Shown here: positions 18,359 through 27,238 of the stretch, in pieces
Numbering within the stretch: position 1 is the stretch's first letter
Layout: every line of letters begins with the position of its first letter
Assembly: GCA_011772755.1 (NCBI GenBank)
Contig: WVYX01000291.1
Span: 27,365-91,364, forward strand
Source: Gemmatimonadales bacterium
Lineage (GTDB): Bacteria > Gemmatimonadota > Gemmatimonadetes > Gemmatimonadales > GWC2-71-9
DNA: 64,000 bases
Direction of reading: 5' to 3'
Notes under the pieces: generated by a model
Seen by the model: the letters and a program-made list of their open reading frames with translations, nothing else
Told to the model about the DNA's origin: nothing
The model's database searches: none
Made by a program: the position numbers and the translations under genes

Positions 18359-18580
18359 CTAGTGGTGCTGCGGATGCGTATGACGGGCGCGTGTATCGAG
18401 GCCGAACAGCCCGTAGAACGGGCATTGGTGGGTCAGTGCCGTGGCGGCGAAGACGAGCGAGAGGAATGCCGCTACGAGCGACAGAATCGGCTGCCAATTG
18501 AAGACGACAGCAACTATCAGGAAGACGACCGCGAAGCCGCCCCGTATGCACGCATCGATCTTGCCAACGTTCCGCCGCAT
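18359..18580 (-). CDS. DUF2892 (YgaP-like) small membrane protein
   Basis: 73 aa: GKIDACIRGGFAVVFLIV...ALTHQCPFYGLFGLDT, which is the typical DUF2892 layout. Confidence 0.65.
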   Translation of the reverse strand: MRRNVGKIDACIRGGFAVVFLIVAVVFNWQPILSLVAAFLSLVFAATALTHQCPFYGLFGLDTRARHTHPQHH

Positions 18581-18674
18581 CGTCCCACACCTACCTACTG
18601 CGATGCCGGCAAGATCGCGGCGGCTCTATGAAAAGAGCCGTAACCGTTTGTGAAGGAGTGGTGAAAGCGCCCTG

Positions 18675-20066
18675 CTAGGCGGCCGGAGTGGTGCGGGGCA
18701 ACCGCAATGTGACGCGGAGCCCTCCCAACGCACTCCCGGCGGCCTCGATCGTCCCCCCGTGGGCATCCACGATGGCTGCGGCGACGGTAAGGCCCAGGCC
18801 GGCCGCCCCGGTTCGGGACCGAGCGGCGTCACTGCGGTAGAAGTGCTCGAACAGGTGGGGTAGCACCTCGGCGGGCAGGCCGGGCCCGTCGTCCTCAACC
18901 GTGACCGTCACGTCGGTCGCGTCGGCTGTCACCGTCGCCTGGACGCGGGTGTCGGGAGGCGTGTGCTTGATGCAGTTGTCCAGCAGTTGGTTGATCACGA
19001 CCGAGAGCATTTGGGCGTCGACGGCTGCGGTGGCGTCACTGGTGGGACCAGTGAACCGAATCTCGCGGCCGTCGGCACGGGCCCTTGCGTGCCCAGTGGC
19101 TCCGTCGACGATGGCGGCGACGTCCGTGTCCACCCGGTCCAGGGCGAGTTCGCCCGCGTCGAGTCGCGCCAACAGAACGAGGGAGTCACTGATCGAGATG
19201 AGGTGATCCACTTCTTCGAGCACGCTGTTGAGAGTGGACCGGTACGCGTCCGGATGCCGCTCCCCACGGAGTGCCACTTCGAGCTGGCCGCGCATGGCGG
19301 TGAGGGGCGTGCGCAGGTCGTGCCCGGCGTCGGCAATCATCCGTCGCTGGGACTCGAATGCTCGGTCCAGTCGCTGGAGCATCCCGTTCAGCACCTTGAC
19401 GAGGCCCGCGAATTCGTCGACGTCCGCGTGCGCCGTGATGCGCTGGTCTACCGGGCCCGCCTGGATGCCCTCTGCCTGTTGGGTGATCTCCTCGACTGGA
19501 GCAACGCTGGATCCTGCCAGCCAACCCGCCCCGAGGGCCGTGGCCACCGTTCCCAACAGCACTGTGCCCAGCAACAGGAAGAGGACTTCCCGACTGGCAG
19601 CCGCAAGGGGGCGAAGGGAAGCGGATACTTGCACCACGGCCTCGTCGGTGCGGTTCTCGGCTGGTGCCGGTCCGTAGAACGAGCGTACCCGGTTCCGTCC
19701 CCAATTCTGCGTCGTCCAGACTTGTTCCCCGGTGAGTGCCCGCTCGAAGCTCGCTTCGTCGAGTGGCAGGTCGAACGCGAGATACGTGTTGCTCGCTACC
19801 ACAGTTGTCTCAGCGTTCCGTACAGCAACGAACCGGTTCACCATATCGATGAATTCGTCCATGCGTGCGGGTTCGGTATGCACGGCGATGGGCAGGCCGG
19901 CGGCGAGTGCGGCTGATTGGAGTTGTGCCGCCGCGGCGAGGCTTCGATCGAGTTCCCGGCGCAACACGCGCTGCGCGCCCAAGTAGGCCCACAGCGCGAT
20001 GAACAACAGCGCGACGAAGATTGTAAGGGAAAACCGCACGGCGAGCGTGCGGCGGAGGGAGTACAT
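18675..20066 (-). CDS. sensor histidine kinase (HAMP-HisKA-HATPase; heavy-metal-sensor-like layout)
   Basis: Two TM helices flank a periplasmic loop. H-box DAGHDLRTPLTAM, plus N, G1 and G2 boxes (GPGLP, GLGLTV). Its ATG overlaps the regulator stop by 1 nt (TGATG). Confidence 0.87.
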   Translation of the reverse strand: MYSLRRTLAVRFSLTIFVALLFIALWAYLGAQRVLRRELDRSLAAAAQLQSAALAAGLPIAVHTEPARMDEFIDMVNRFVAVRNAETTVVASNTYLAFDLPLDEASFERALTGEQVWTTQNWGRNRVRSFYGPAPAENRTDEAVVQVSASLRPLAAASREVLFLLLGTVLLGTVATALGAGWLAGSSVAPVEEITQQAEGIQAGPVDQRITAHADVDEFAGLVKVLNGMLQRLDRAFESQRRMIADAGHDLRTPLTAMRGQLEVALRGERHPDAYRSTLNSVLEEVDHLISISDSLVLLARLDAGELALDRVDTDVAAIVDGATGHARARADGREIRFTGPTSDATAAVDAQMLSVVINQLLDNCIKHTPPDTRVQATVTADATDVTVTVEDDGPGLPAEVLPHLFEHFYRSDAARSRTGAAGLGLTVAAAIVDAHGGTIEAAGSALGGLRVTLRLPRTTPAA

Positions 20067-20755
20067 CAGCTCTCGTCGTTATTCATCTTCAGGCAGAAGC
20101 CAACGCCGCGGACCGTTTGAATGAGCCCGGTGAATCCCGATTCCCGCAGCTTGCGTCGCAGATTCCCGACGTGGACGTCTACGACGTTGCTCTCCGGATC
20201 GAAATGCATGTCCCACACCTTTTCCAACAGCTCGGTGCGGCGGACCACGTCCTCCGGGTGTAGCATGAAGTGTTCCAGCAGCTGGAACTCCCGCGGGGTG
20301 AGATCGAGTAGTATCTCACCGGCCCAAGCTTTGTGCTTGAGGCGGTCGAGCTCCAAGGGGCCGTAGCTCAGGCGGTCGAGTCGGGCGGCACCACCGCGCC
20401 GGACCAGCGCCCGCAGGCGGGCGAGAAGCTCGTCGAACTTGAAGGGCTTCGTGAGGTAGTCGTCCGCACCAGCGTCGAGGCCCCGCACAATGTCCTCGGT
20501 CGTATCCCGGGCCGTGAGCATGAGGATCGGGGTGCTCCGCCCCTCACGCCGGAGCTCGGAGGCAACCTGAAGTCCGTTCTTCTTGGGCAGCATGAGATCG
20601 AGGAGGATTGCGTCGTAGTCGTTGATGTGGGCAAAGACCGTGGCCTCCTCACCGTCCTTTGCGACGTCGACGGCATAGCCCTCCTCGCGGAGGCCCATCT
20701 CGATGAAGCCGGCGACCTTCCGGTCGTCCTCGACTACCAGGATGCGCATGGGCAA
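20066..20755 (-). CDS. OmpR-family response regulator
   Basis: REC domain MRILVVEDD...ILLDLMLPKKNG, and winged-helix C-terminus LTPREFQLLEHF...VRGVGF. Confidence 0.92.
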   Translation of the reverse strand: MPMRILVVEDDRKVAGFIEMGLREEGYAVDVAKDGEEATVFAHINDYDAILLDLMLPKKNGLQVASELRREGRSTPILMLTARDTTEDIVRGLDAGADDYLTKPFKFDELLARLRALVRRGGAARLDRLSYGPLELDRLKHKAWAGEILLDLTPREFQLLEHFMLHPEDVVRRTELLEKVWDMHFDPESNVVDVHVGNLRRKLRESGFTGLIQTVRGVGFCLKMNNDES

Positions 20756-20806
20756 ACCCTAGCGGTGTGCCCGTAAGTGGGCGTTAAAGCGACTGTTAAC
20801 GCGTCT

Positions 20807-22048
20807 TTATGAAGCCTTGGCGTAGCGGGGCAAGTGGAGGATGAAGCGTGCCCCGTGCCCCGAGCGGCTCTCGACTTTGAGGTCACCCCCCAGCAGCTGG
20901 GCCAGCTTCCGTGACAGGGCGAGTCCCAGGCCGGTCCCCCGCTCCGCCTGCCGCCCCGCGCGTTCGTATGCTTCGAAGATGACGGCCTGCTGCTCGGGGG
21001 CGATCCCCTCGCCGTGATCCACCACGTCGAACCGCAGCATTTCAGTATCGACCTTGAGCTCGACCGTGATTGCTTGGTCTTCCGGACTGTGTCGGACGGC
21101 GTTGGTGAGAAGGTTGATCAGGATCTGTCGGATTCGCTGGGGATCGGTGCGACAGGGGACGACACCGTCCGGTCCGACCAGCTTGACCTCGATGCCTTTC
21201 CGCTGCGCTGCCGGTCCCACCGTGGCGACGGATTCTTTCACGACTCTCCAAGCGTCGCTGTCCCGTACTACTGGTTCTAGCTTGTCGGCCCCTAGCCGGC
21301 TCAGATCCAGCAAGTCTTCCAACAGGGTGAGTGCACGCTCGGCGGATTCTTGGACTTCGAGCGCAGCCGTGGGTGTGTCCGGCGCCGTCCTACGAATCCA
21401 GAGTTCGGTCCAACCGTGCACTGCTGTCAGGGCGTTGCGGAGTTCGTGATTGGTCATGGCGAAGAAGCGGTCGCGTGACACATGTAGCTTCCGTAGCTCA
21501 CCGAGCAGTTCCTCTCGCTCCGAGTGGTACCGAGCATTCTCCACGGCGACAGCCGCGTGCGACGCCAGCATGAGCGCGATGGCTTCGTCCTCTGTGGTGA
21601 ACTCGTCTGCGCCCAGCTTGTTACCCAGGTAGAGATTTCCAATTGGCCCTGACCGCCCAACGATGGGCACGCCCAAGAAGGATGTGATGGCCGGATGATG
21701 CTCGGGGAAGCCAGAGGCCTTCGGGTGGTTCCTCAGATCCTTGAGTCGGAGCGGACGCGGATCGTGGATCAGCATTCCGAGAATGCCCCGACCCCGGGGA
21801 GGTTGCCCGATCTGGTCCTGCTCTGCCGGCGAGAGGCCGCTCGCAATGAAGGTCTCGAGTTCCGGGCCACTCTTGGCGAGAACGCCCAAGGCGGCGTATT
21901 GCGCACCGATCACCGCGCGTGCGGACTCGACGATCTCGTGGAGTACCTTGTCGAGATCGTGCTCCGCCATGATGCGGACCGTAGCCTTGGACAGGCTCTC
22001 CACCCGCCTCCAAAGCTCCCCGCTCGGTTCCTTGGAACGCGCTGGCAT
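20807..22048 (-). CDS. GAF-domain sensor histidine kinase (cytoplasmic)
   Basis: Start moved to ATG 22048. GAF region, H-box TNHELRNALTAVHGW, and HATPase GTGLGLALS. Confidence 0.85.
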   Translation of the reverse strand: MPARSKEPSGELWRRVESLSKATVRIMAEHDLDKVLHEIVESARAVIGAQYAALGVLAKSGPELETFIASGLSPAEQDQIGQPPRGRGILGMLIHDPRPLRLKDLRNHPKASGFPEHHPAITSFLGVPIVGRSGPIGNLYLGNKLGADEFTTEDEAIALMLASHAAVAVENARYHSEREELLGELRKLHVSRDRFFAMTNHELRNALTAVHGWTELWIRRTAPDTPTAALEVQESAERALTLLEDLLDLSRLGADKLEPVVRDSDAWRVVKESVATVGPAAQRKGIEVKLVGPDGVVPCRTDPQRIRQILINLLTNAVRHSPEDQAITVELKVDTEMLRFDVVDHGEGIAPEQQAVIFEAYERAGRQAERGTGLGLALSRKLAQLLGGDLKVESRSGHGARFILHLPRYAKAS

Positions 22049-22263
22049 ATGGCACAAGCTATGTGAGGCCCTACCGCGGGGCCAGGGCGCCAACGCCCCC
22101 CCAGGGAGCGGGCACGCCTCACCGTTGGCGGGCCAGCACTGTCTCAAGGAAGCCCGACGACGGTGTCGCGCTCTCTGGGAAGCGCAGTAGTTTACCTCGG
22201 AATGACGAACTGGTATTCCAGGGTCTTCGTAGGCCAGGGTGCTGCCGAGCGAGGAGGCCGACC

Positions 22264-22779
22264 ATGCGTTGGCGAGTGACAGTGTCCGGTGCCACTGTCG
22301 TTGCGGCCATCCTTGGGTGCGTCAGCACCCCTGCACCGGTGCCCCTGCGCACCAGGTCCCCAGGCCTGGCAAGTGTCGAGGGCAGGTGGGAGGGCGAGTA
22401 CGTGGGCGCCGGTAGGTCGGGGACCATCGTCTTCGTGCTTGCCGCCGGCGGGGATAGTGCCTTCGGAGAAGTGGTCATGGTTCCGCCGGCCGGGTTTCAA
22501 CCGGCACAGCCGGCACGTGAGCCTGATGTTGAGCCCGCCCGCCGGGAGCGATGGCGCGCAACGCCTCAGGTGCTGAAGATCCAGTTCGTGCAGGTCGTAC
22601 AGGGCCACGTGAGCGGCAAGCTGGCCCCGTACAAAGACCCGGAATGTGGTTGCACCCTCTACACCACGTTCGAAGGCCGGGTGATCGGCGATACCATCGA
22701 GGGCACGTTCACGATCCGCCATAAGGAGGGCGGCGACGTGCAGGCAGGGCGCTGGAAGGTAACCCGCACGCGGGACTGA
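22264..22779 (+). CDS. hypothetical lipoprotein
   Basis: Start at ATG 22264. Signal/lipobox VVAAILGCVS. 171 aa with no recognisable family. Confidence 0.5.
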   Translation: MRWRVTVSGATVVAAILGCVSTPAPVPLRTRSPGLASVEGRWEGEYVGAGRSGTIVFVLAAGGDSAFGEVVMVPPAGFQPAQPAREPDVEPARRERWRATPQVLKIQFVQVVQGHVSGKLAPYKDPECGCTLYTTFEGRVIGDTIEGTFTIRHKEGGDVQAGRWKVTRTRD

Positions 22780-22794
22780 CCCGCACCGTACAAC

Positions 22795-23517
22795 TTGGAT
22801 CCGACCCTAACGGTACTCTTGTTCTCGTCCGTAGCCGCTGGCTCGGCGAGCCTCGGTGCCCTCCCCCTTGTCCTGCGTGAGCGCCTCCCAATCGCCTGGA
22901 TCGGGTGGGCCAACGCCGTGGCCGCCGGGCTGATGCTTGGCGCCGCATACGCGCTGCTGGTAGCCGGGTTAGACCTGATGCCCGTGTGGGGAGCCACCGG
23001 TGCCCTGTTGGGCATCGCTTTCGTGTACTGGACACATGCGGTGTCGGGTACCGCAGACCTCGAGCTCAACCGCCTCGAAGAGACCAGCCCGGAGTACGGT
23101 TACAAGGTGCTGCTGGTGAACGCCCTGCATTCCGCGGCGGAGGGGATTGCCATCGGTGTGGCAATGGTGGAGAGCCTGTCGTTCGGCATCTTCATGGCGC
23201 TCGCCATCGCCGTGCACAACGTTCCGGAGGGGACGGTCTTGTGTGCCATCCTCAAGAGCCGCGGCGTGCGCTTGGCGGACGCCGCCGGTCTCGCCGTCGC
23301 CACGAACGTGAGCCAGGTGCTGCTCGCGGTTGCGGCGTTTGCGGTTCTCACGGCAGCGCCGTCGGCCGTGACGTGGGTATTGGGCTTTGGGGTGGGGGCA
23401 CTGGTCTACCTCGTCGTGTTTGAACTACTGCCCGAGTCCTACCGGCAGGCGGGAAGCACCAGCATCGCGCTGGTGACGATCGCCGCCATGGGCATCGTGG
23501 TGCTGCTCAGCGGCTGA
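22795..23517 (+). CDS. ZIP family metal transporter
   Basis: Polytopic protein with HSAAEGIAIG and AIAVHNVPEG motifs. TTG start. Confidence 0.85.
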   Translation: MDPTLTVLLFSSVAAGSASLGALPLVLRERLPIAWIGWANAVAAGLMLGAAYALLVAGLDLMPVWGATGALLGIAFVYWTHAVSGTADLELNRLEETSPEYGYKVLLVNALHSAAEGIAIGVAMVESLSFGIFMALAIAVHNVPEGTVLCAILKSRGVRLADAAGLAVATNVSQVLLAVAAFAVLTAAPSAVTWVLGFGVGALVYLVVFELLPESYRQAGSTSIALVTIAAMGIVVLLSG

Positions 23518-23522
23518 GGTCG

Positions 23523-24257
23523 GTGACGGTGCATCCGGCGCTCGTCGTCCTGTCCTACGGTCTAATCACAGCCCTCGCTACCGGACTCGGTGCCGTGCCG
23601 TTTGCCTTTGTCCGGATGGTGTCGGCGCGAGCGGTGGCGTACGCCAACGCCGTTGCCTCAGGTCTGATGCTTGGTGCGAGCTTCGGGTTGGTAGCCGAGG
23701 GGACGCGGCATGGAAGCTGGCAGACCATCGGCGGTGCGATAGTTGGTGTCGCGTTCATCCTGGCGACGCAACGATTCCTCGGGCGCTACGACATCCAGTT
23801 TGGGACAGCGCGGGGCGCCGGTGCTCGACGGGTGACGCTGGTGCTCGTGGTAATGACTGCCCATTCGTTTGCCGAGGGCGTGGCAGTCGGCGTGGCGTTC
23901 GGGGGGGGCATGACGCTGGCGGCGGTCATCACCGCAGCCATTGCCGTGCACAACATCCCTGAGGGATTGGCCATCAGCGCTGTGCTGCGTCCCCGCAATG
24001 TGTCGGTGTTTCGTTGTGCGGCTTGGAGCATCGCCTCGTCCCTGCCCCAGCCGCTCATGGCGGTACCGGCGTTTCTCTTCGTGGAGACGTTTGCCACGGC
24101 GCTGCCCTACGGCATGGGGTTCGCCGCTGGGGCCATGGTCGTCATGGTGTTCGTGGAGCTGTTGCCCGAGGCGTACGAGCAGGCGCGGAAACCGACCGTG
24201 GCTCTACTGGTGAGCGTCACTCTCGTCGCGATGGTGCTGTTTCAGCAGTACTTGTAG
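23523..24257 (+). CDS. ZIP family metal transporter (paralog)
   Basis: HSFAEGVAVG and AIAVHNIPEG motifs. GTG start 5 nt after the previous stop. Confidence 0.85.
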   Translation: MTVHPALVVLSYGLITALATGLGAVPFAFVRMVSARAVAYANAVASGLMLGASFGLVAEGTRHGSWQTIGGAIVGVAFILATQRFLGRYDIQFGTARGAGARRVTLVLVVMTAHSFAEGVAVGVAFGGGMTLAAVITAAIAVHNIPEGLAISAVLRPRNVSVFRCAAWSIASSLPQPLMAVPAFLFVETFATALPYGMGFAAGAMVVMVFVELLPEAYEQARKPTVALLVSVTLVAMVLFQQYL

Positions 24258-24306
24258 GGCGGTACCCCGCCGCCGCACACCGCCTCACCCCATGGAAGGG
24301 CGGAAA

Positions 24307-24339
24307 GACGGAAGGTGTGACTAGCCAACGCCTTCCGTC
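24307..24339. terminator. hairpin between convergent ZIP and oxidase genes
   Basis: 9-bp arms GACGGAAGG / CCTTCCGTC at 24307-24315 and 24331-24339 with a 15-nt loop. No strong U-tract. Confidence 0.4.
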
Positions 24340-24360
24340 CTTCCAACGTTCCGCCGTTCG

Positions 24361-25983
24361 TCAGAACGGCTTGAACCCCGGCGATCCAAACCGCTCCATC
24401 GCTAGATGGCTGGCCAGGGGGTAGGCGTACGCGATCACGACCAGCACGATTGCCACCACGACCCACAGCCAGATCCGATCGAAGATGAGTGGTCGTTCCG
24501 GCTTTCCTGCCAGTGGCTCGGCGAACTCCAACGCCGGCTGCTCACGACGCCGACCTGCCAGCACGGTGCCCAACATGACCAGGAGGAAGAACGAGGCACT
24601 CACGAACAGGAGGACGCCGCCCAAGGCCGACACCAGGGTCAAGTTCTGCCAGTGGGAGGTGATGGCGTTCCCAGCATAACCGACCTCGTACACGCGCCGG
24701 GGCATGCCCATGAGCCCGGTGACGTGGTTCGCGAGGGAAAACAGCAGCATGCCGACGAACCACAGGAACGGCTGTACCCGGGCGAGTAGGTCCAGCTCGA
24801 GATCGCGTCCCACCAGTTTCGGGACCAGCCAGTAGGCGCCGCCCATGAATGTGAGGGCCACTGCGCTTCCCACCGTCAGGTGGAAGTGGCCCTGGATCCA
24901 GGCGGTGTTGTGGACCACGGAGTTCATGCCGAATGCAGCGTTGACTGCCCCACCGATGCCGCCCAGGGCAAAGAGGATCATGCTTAGGATCACACTCGAC
25001 ACCAGTGGATTGCCCCAGGGCAGCCGCTTGATCCAATCCCACAGCCCGGTGGCACCACGCATCCGTCCGGCCACTTCTAGGGAGGCGGTCACGGTGAACG
25101 CGGTGACCAAACTCGGGAACAGAATGGCGGCAGTGTTCACCGTGTGCAGCATCTTCCAGCCGGCCGAGATGCCGGGGTCCATGAACTGGTGGTGGAAGCC
25201 GACCGGCGTGGAGAGGATGATGAACAGCGCAAACACCATTCGCGCCAGAGGATCACTGAACAGTCGCCCGCCCGCCTCCTTCGGTAGGACTGTGTACCAC
25301 ACGACGTATGCCGGAATGAGCCAGAAGTAGACCAGCGGGTGGCCGAAGTACCAGAACAGCATCCGGGCCAGGAGCGGATCGACGGTTTCCACCAGCCCGA
25401 GAGACCAGGGGATGAGCTGGAACAGCATCTCGGCCGCCACCCCGATGGTAGCGAGCAACCACACGATGATCGTCGCCAGGATGCCGTGGACGGCGAGCGG
25501 AGCGGGGACGCCTGGGTGCTCGCGGCGCCACGCGGCGTAGGTCCCAAGGGTCACGGCGCTCCAGATCCAGGAGCCGACGACCAACAGCGTCAGCCCGATG
25601 TAGAAGACCGGATGGGCTTCGAGGGGAGGGTAGAACGTGTAGAGCACCGTCGCTTTCCCCCAGAAGATGGCCCACAGCGCTCCGAGCGAGCCCACGGTGG
25701 CGACCCAGAATGCCAGCCAGGCAAGCCGCGGATAGCGGAGGGGACGGCCCAGCGCACGCGTGGTCAGGGCGACGCCGAGACCCATGATGAAGAAGGTCGT
25801 GAAGACCAGCGCCATCAGGACGCCATGACCGGTCACCGACAGGTAGTACATCTTCGGTGAGCGCCATGGGAGGTCGAGGGCCGCGCGAGACAGGGCCTGC
25901 ATGAAGGCCAGGAACGTGGCGACACCGAACGCGCCTACGGCCACGCCGACATTCGCCGTGGCAAGCTGTCGGTTGTGCATCAT
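24361..25983 (-). CDS. cytochrome c oxidase subunit I, B-family (ba3-like)
   Basis: 540-aa polytopic heme-copper oxidase. Start at the ATGATG pair 25978-25983, where one ATG shares ATGA with the subunit II stop at 25980-25982. The track's 687-aa version has a non-membrane Arg-rich extension. Confidence 0.9.
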   Translation of the reverse strand: MMHNRQLATANVGVAVGAFGVATFLAFMQALSRAALDLPWRSPKMYYLSVTGHGVLMALVFTTFFIMGLGVALTTRALGRPLRYPRLAWLAFWVATVGSLGALWAIFWGKATVLYTFYPPLEAHPVFYIGLTLLVVGSWIWSAVTLGTYAAWRREHPGVPAPLAVHGILATIIVWLLATIGVAAEMLFQLIPWSLGLVETVDPLLARMLFWYFGHPLVYFWLIPAYVVWYTVLPKEAGGRLFSDPLARMVFALFIILSTPVGFHHQFMDPGISAGWKMLHTVNTAAILFPSLVTAFTVTASLEVAGRMRGATGLWDWIKRLPWGNPLVSSVILSMILFALGGIGGAVNAAFGMNSVVHNTAWIQGHFHLTVGSAVALTFMGGAYWLVPKLVGRDLELDLLARVQPFLWFVGMLLFSLANHVTGLMGMPRRVYEVGYAGNAITSHWQNLTLVSALGGVLLFVSASFFLLVMLGTVLAGRRREQPALEFAEPLAGKPERPLIFDRIWLWVVVAIVLVVIAYAYPLASHLAMERFGSPGFKPF

Positions 25984-26456
25984 TCGCCCTCCTCTACGAT
26001 GAGGGTGGCGAACATGCCCTGGTGGCTCAGGCCACAGTACTCGTTGCAGACGATGAGATACTGCCCCGGCCGGTCGAACTCGGTGGTGAATTGGCTGACG
26101 TAGCCGGGCACGAGCATGGTATTCGCGTTCGTGCCGATGATCTGGAATCCGTGCAACACGTCGGCGCTGGTGAGCCGGAAGGTCACCGGCGTACCTGCAG
26201 GAACCCGGATCTCGTTCGGCTGGAAGGCGAACATCAGGGCGACCATGGTGACTTCGACGCTCCCGTCGGGGTTCGTCTTCACGCCGCGCTCGGCGAACCG
26301 TGGGTCGGTCCATACGTTGCGCGGATCCACTGTCTCTGCATGACTGGGCGGGACTCGCCCTTGCGAGATCGCGGCAAAGGCCGTGATGCCGAGGAAGATC
26401 GCCACGATGGCACCGGCGCCCCACATCCAGAACCGCTCATAGATGTCAACGTGCAT
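25980..26456 (-). CDS. cytochrome c oxidase subunit II (CuA, single-TM ba3 type)
   Basis: Start at ATG 26456 with one TM helix. CuA ligands are LHGFQI ... CNEYCGLSHQGM. Confidence 0.9.
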   Translation of the reverse strand: MHVDIYERFWMWGAGAIVAIFLGITAFAAISQGRVPPSHAETVDPRNVWTDPRFAERGVKTNPDGSVEVTMVALMFAFQPNEIRVPAGTPVTFRLTSADVLHGFQIIGTNANTMLVPGYVSQFTTEFDRPGQYLIVCNEYCGLSHQGMFATLIVEEGE

Positions 26457-26461
26457 GGCCG

Positions 26462-26602
26462 CTACCTCGTCACCGCTCCCCGCGGGAGGTAGATGAAGAA
26501 GAAGACAGCGAGCCACCCGACCAGGAACAGCAGGCCGTAGAGCCCCACCACAGCCAAGGTCCCGCGCGGGTGCTTGCCGAGGTCATCCTTGTGATCGCTC
26601 AT
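26462..26602 (-). CDS. ba3-oxidase subunit IIa-like single-TM mini-protein (46 aa; absent from ORF track)
   Basis: My own translation gives MSDHKDDLGKHPRGTLAVVGLYGLLFLVGWLAVFFFIYLPRGAVTR. GGAGG lies 4 nt upstream, and the stop is 5 nt before the subunit II ATG. Position and pattern match Thermus-type subunit IIa from memory. Confidence 0.55.
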   Translation of the reverse strand: MSDHKDDLGKHPRGTLAVVGLYGLLFLVGWLAVFFFIYLPRGAVTR

Positions 26603-26662
26603 GGGGCCTCCATGGTTTGGCTAGCGAAGGGGGGGAGAGTCATTTGGGATCGTGCGGCCGAA

Positions 26663-27064
26663 TCAGAGCTTGCCGGTGGCAACGGCGCGGACGATGTCGC
26701 TGTGTGAGATCACTCCGACGAGTTCGCTGCCCTTGACGACGAACAAGCGGTGCACGTTTTCCTCCAGCATCCGTTGCGCTGCGTTCTTGACGTCAGCGTT
26801 GGGGGAGATGGTCTGGGGGCGTGGGGTCATGATGTCACGGACGAGGGTTTGCCCGAACCTGGCATAGCCCTCTCCGGCGCTGGCGCCTTCAGCGGCGGTC
26901 TGCAGGATATCACTGGAAGACAGTACGCCCACGATCCGTCCCCTCCGGTTGACTACCGGAACGCCATGCACCCGCGCATCGGCCAGTTGAACCATCGCTT
27001 CAGCCATCGTGATGTCTTCGTTCACGACCGCGAGATCTGTGATCATCAAATCGGCGACTTTCAT
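26663..27064 (-). CDS. CBS-pair domain protein
   Basis: Start at ATG 27064 (GGAG upstream). Two CBS motifs: VADLMITDLAVV...GVPVVNRRGRIVGVLSSSDIL and VRDIMTP...LFVVKGSELVGVISHSDIV. Confidence 0.8.
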   Translation of the reverse strand: MKVADLMITDLAVVNEDITMAEAMVQLADARVHGVPVVNRRGRIVGVLSSSDILQTAAEGASAGEGYARFGQTLVRDIMTPRPQTISPNADVKNAAQRMLEENVHRLFVVKGSELVGVISHSDIVRAVATGKL

Positions 27065-27238
27065 AACTCTCCAGCCTTTGTGGGTCACGGCAGCGTTCCG
27101 GCCTGCCGTTCTGAGCGAGCGCGGCCAACTGCCCCGATTGGCTCGTCACATGGTACAGAAAGTAGCTGGGCGGACAAGGGCCGGGGCGCGTCTGCACGTA
27201 GAGGTTCGCCAGGCGCAGGATGCGGCCTGGCGGAGGAC

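Noticed and set aside
24361-26424. 687-aa version of oxidase subunit I (and similar long N-terminal extensions of ORFs 46772, 8991, 13806, 22063, 44306-45073, 57618-58472, 60695-61942, 61774-63279)
   Set aside because: The extensions are non-homologous and Arg-rich, and they overlap the upstream gene. Internal starts with an SD, signal peptides or ATGA/GTGA coupling fit far better.
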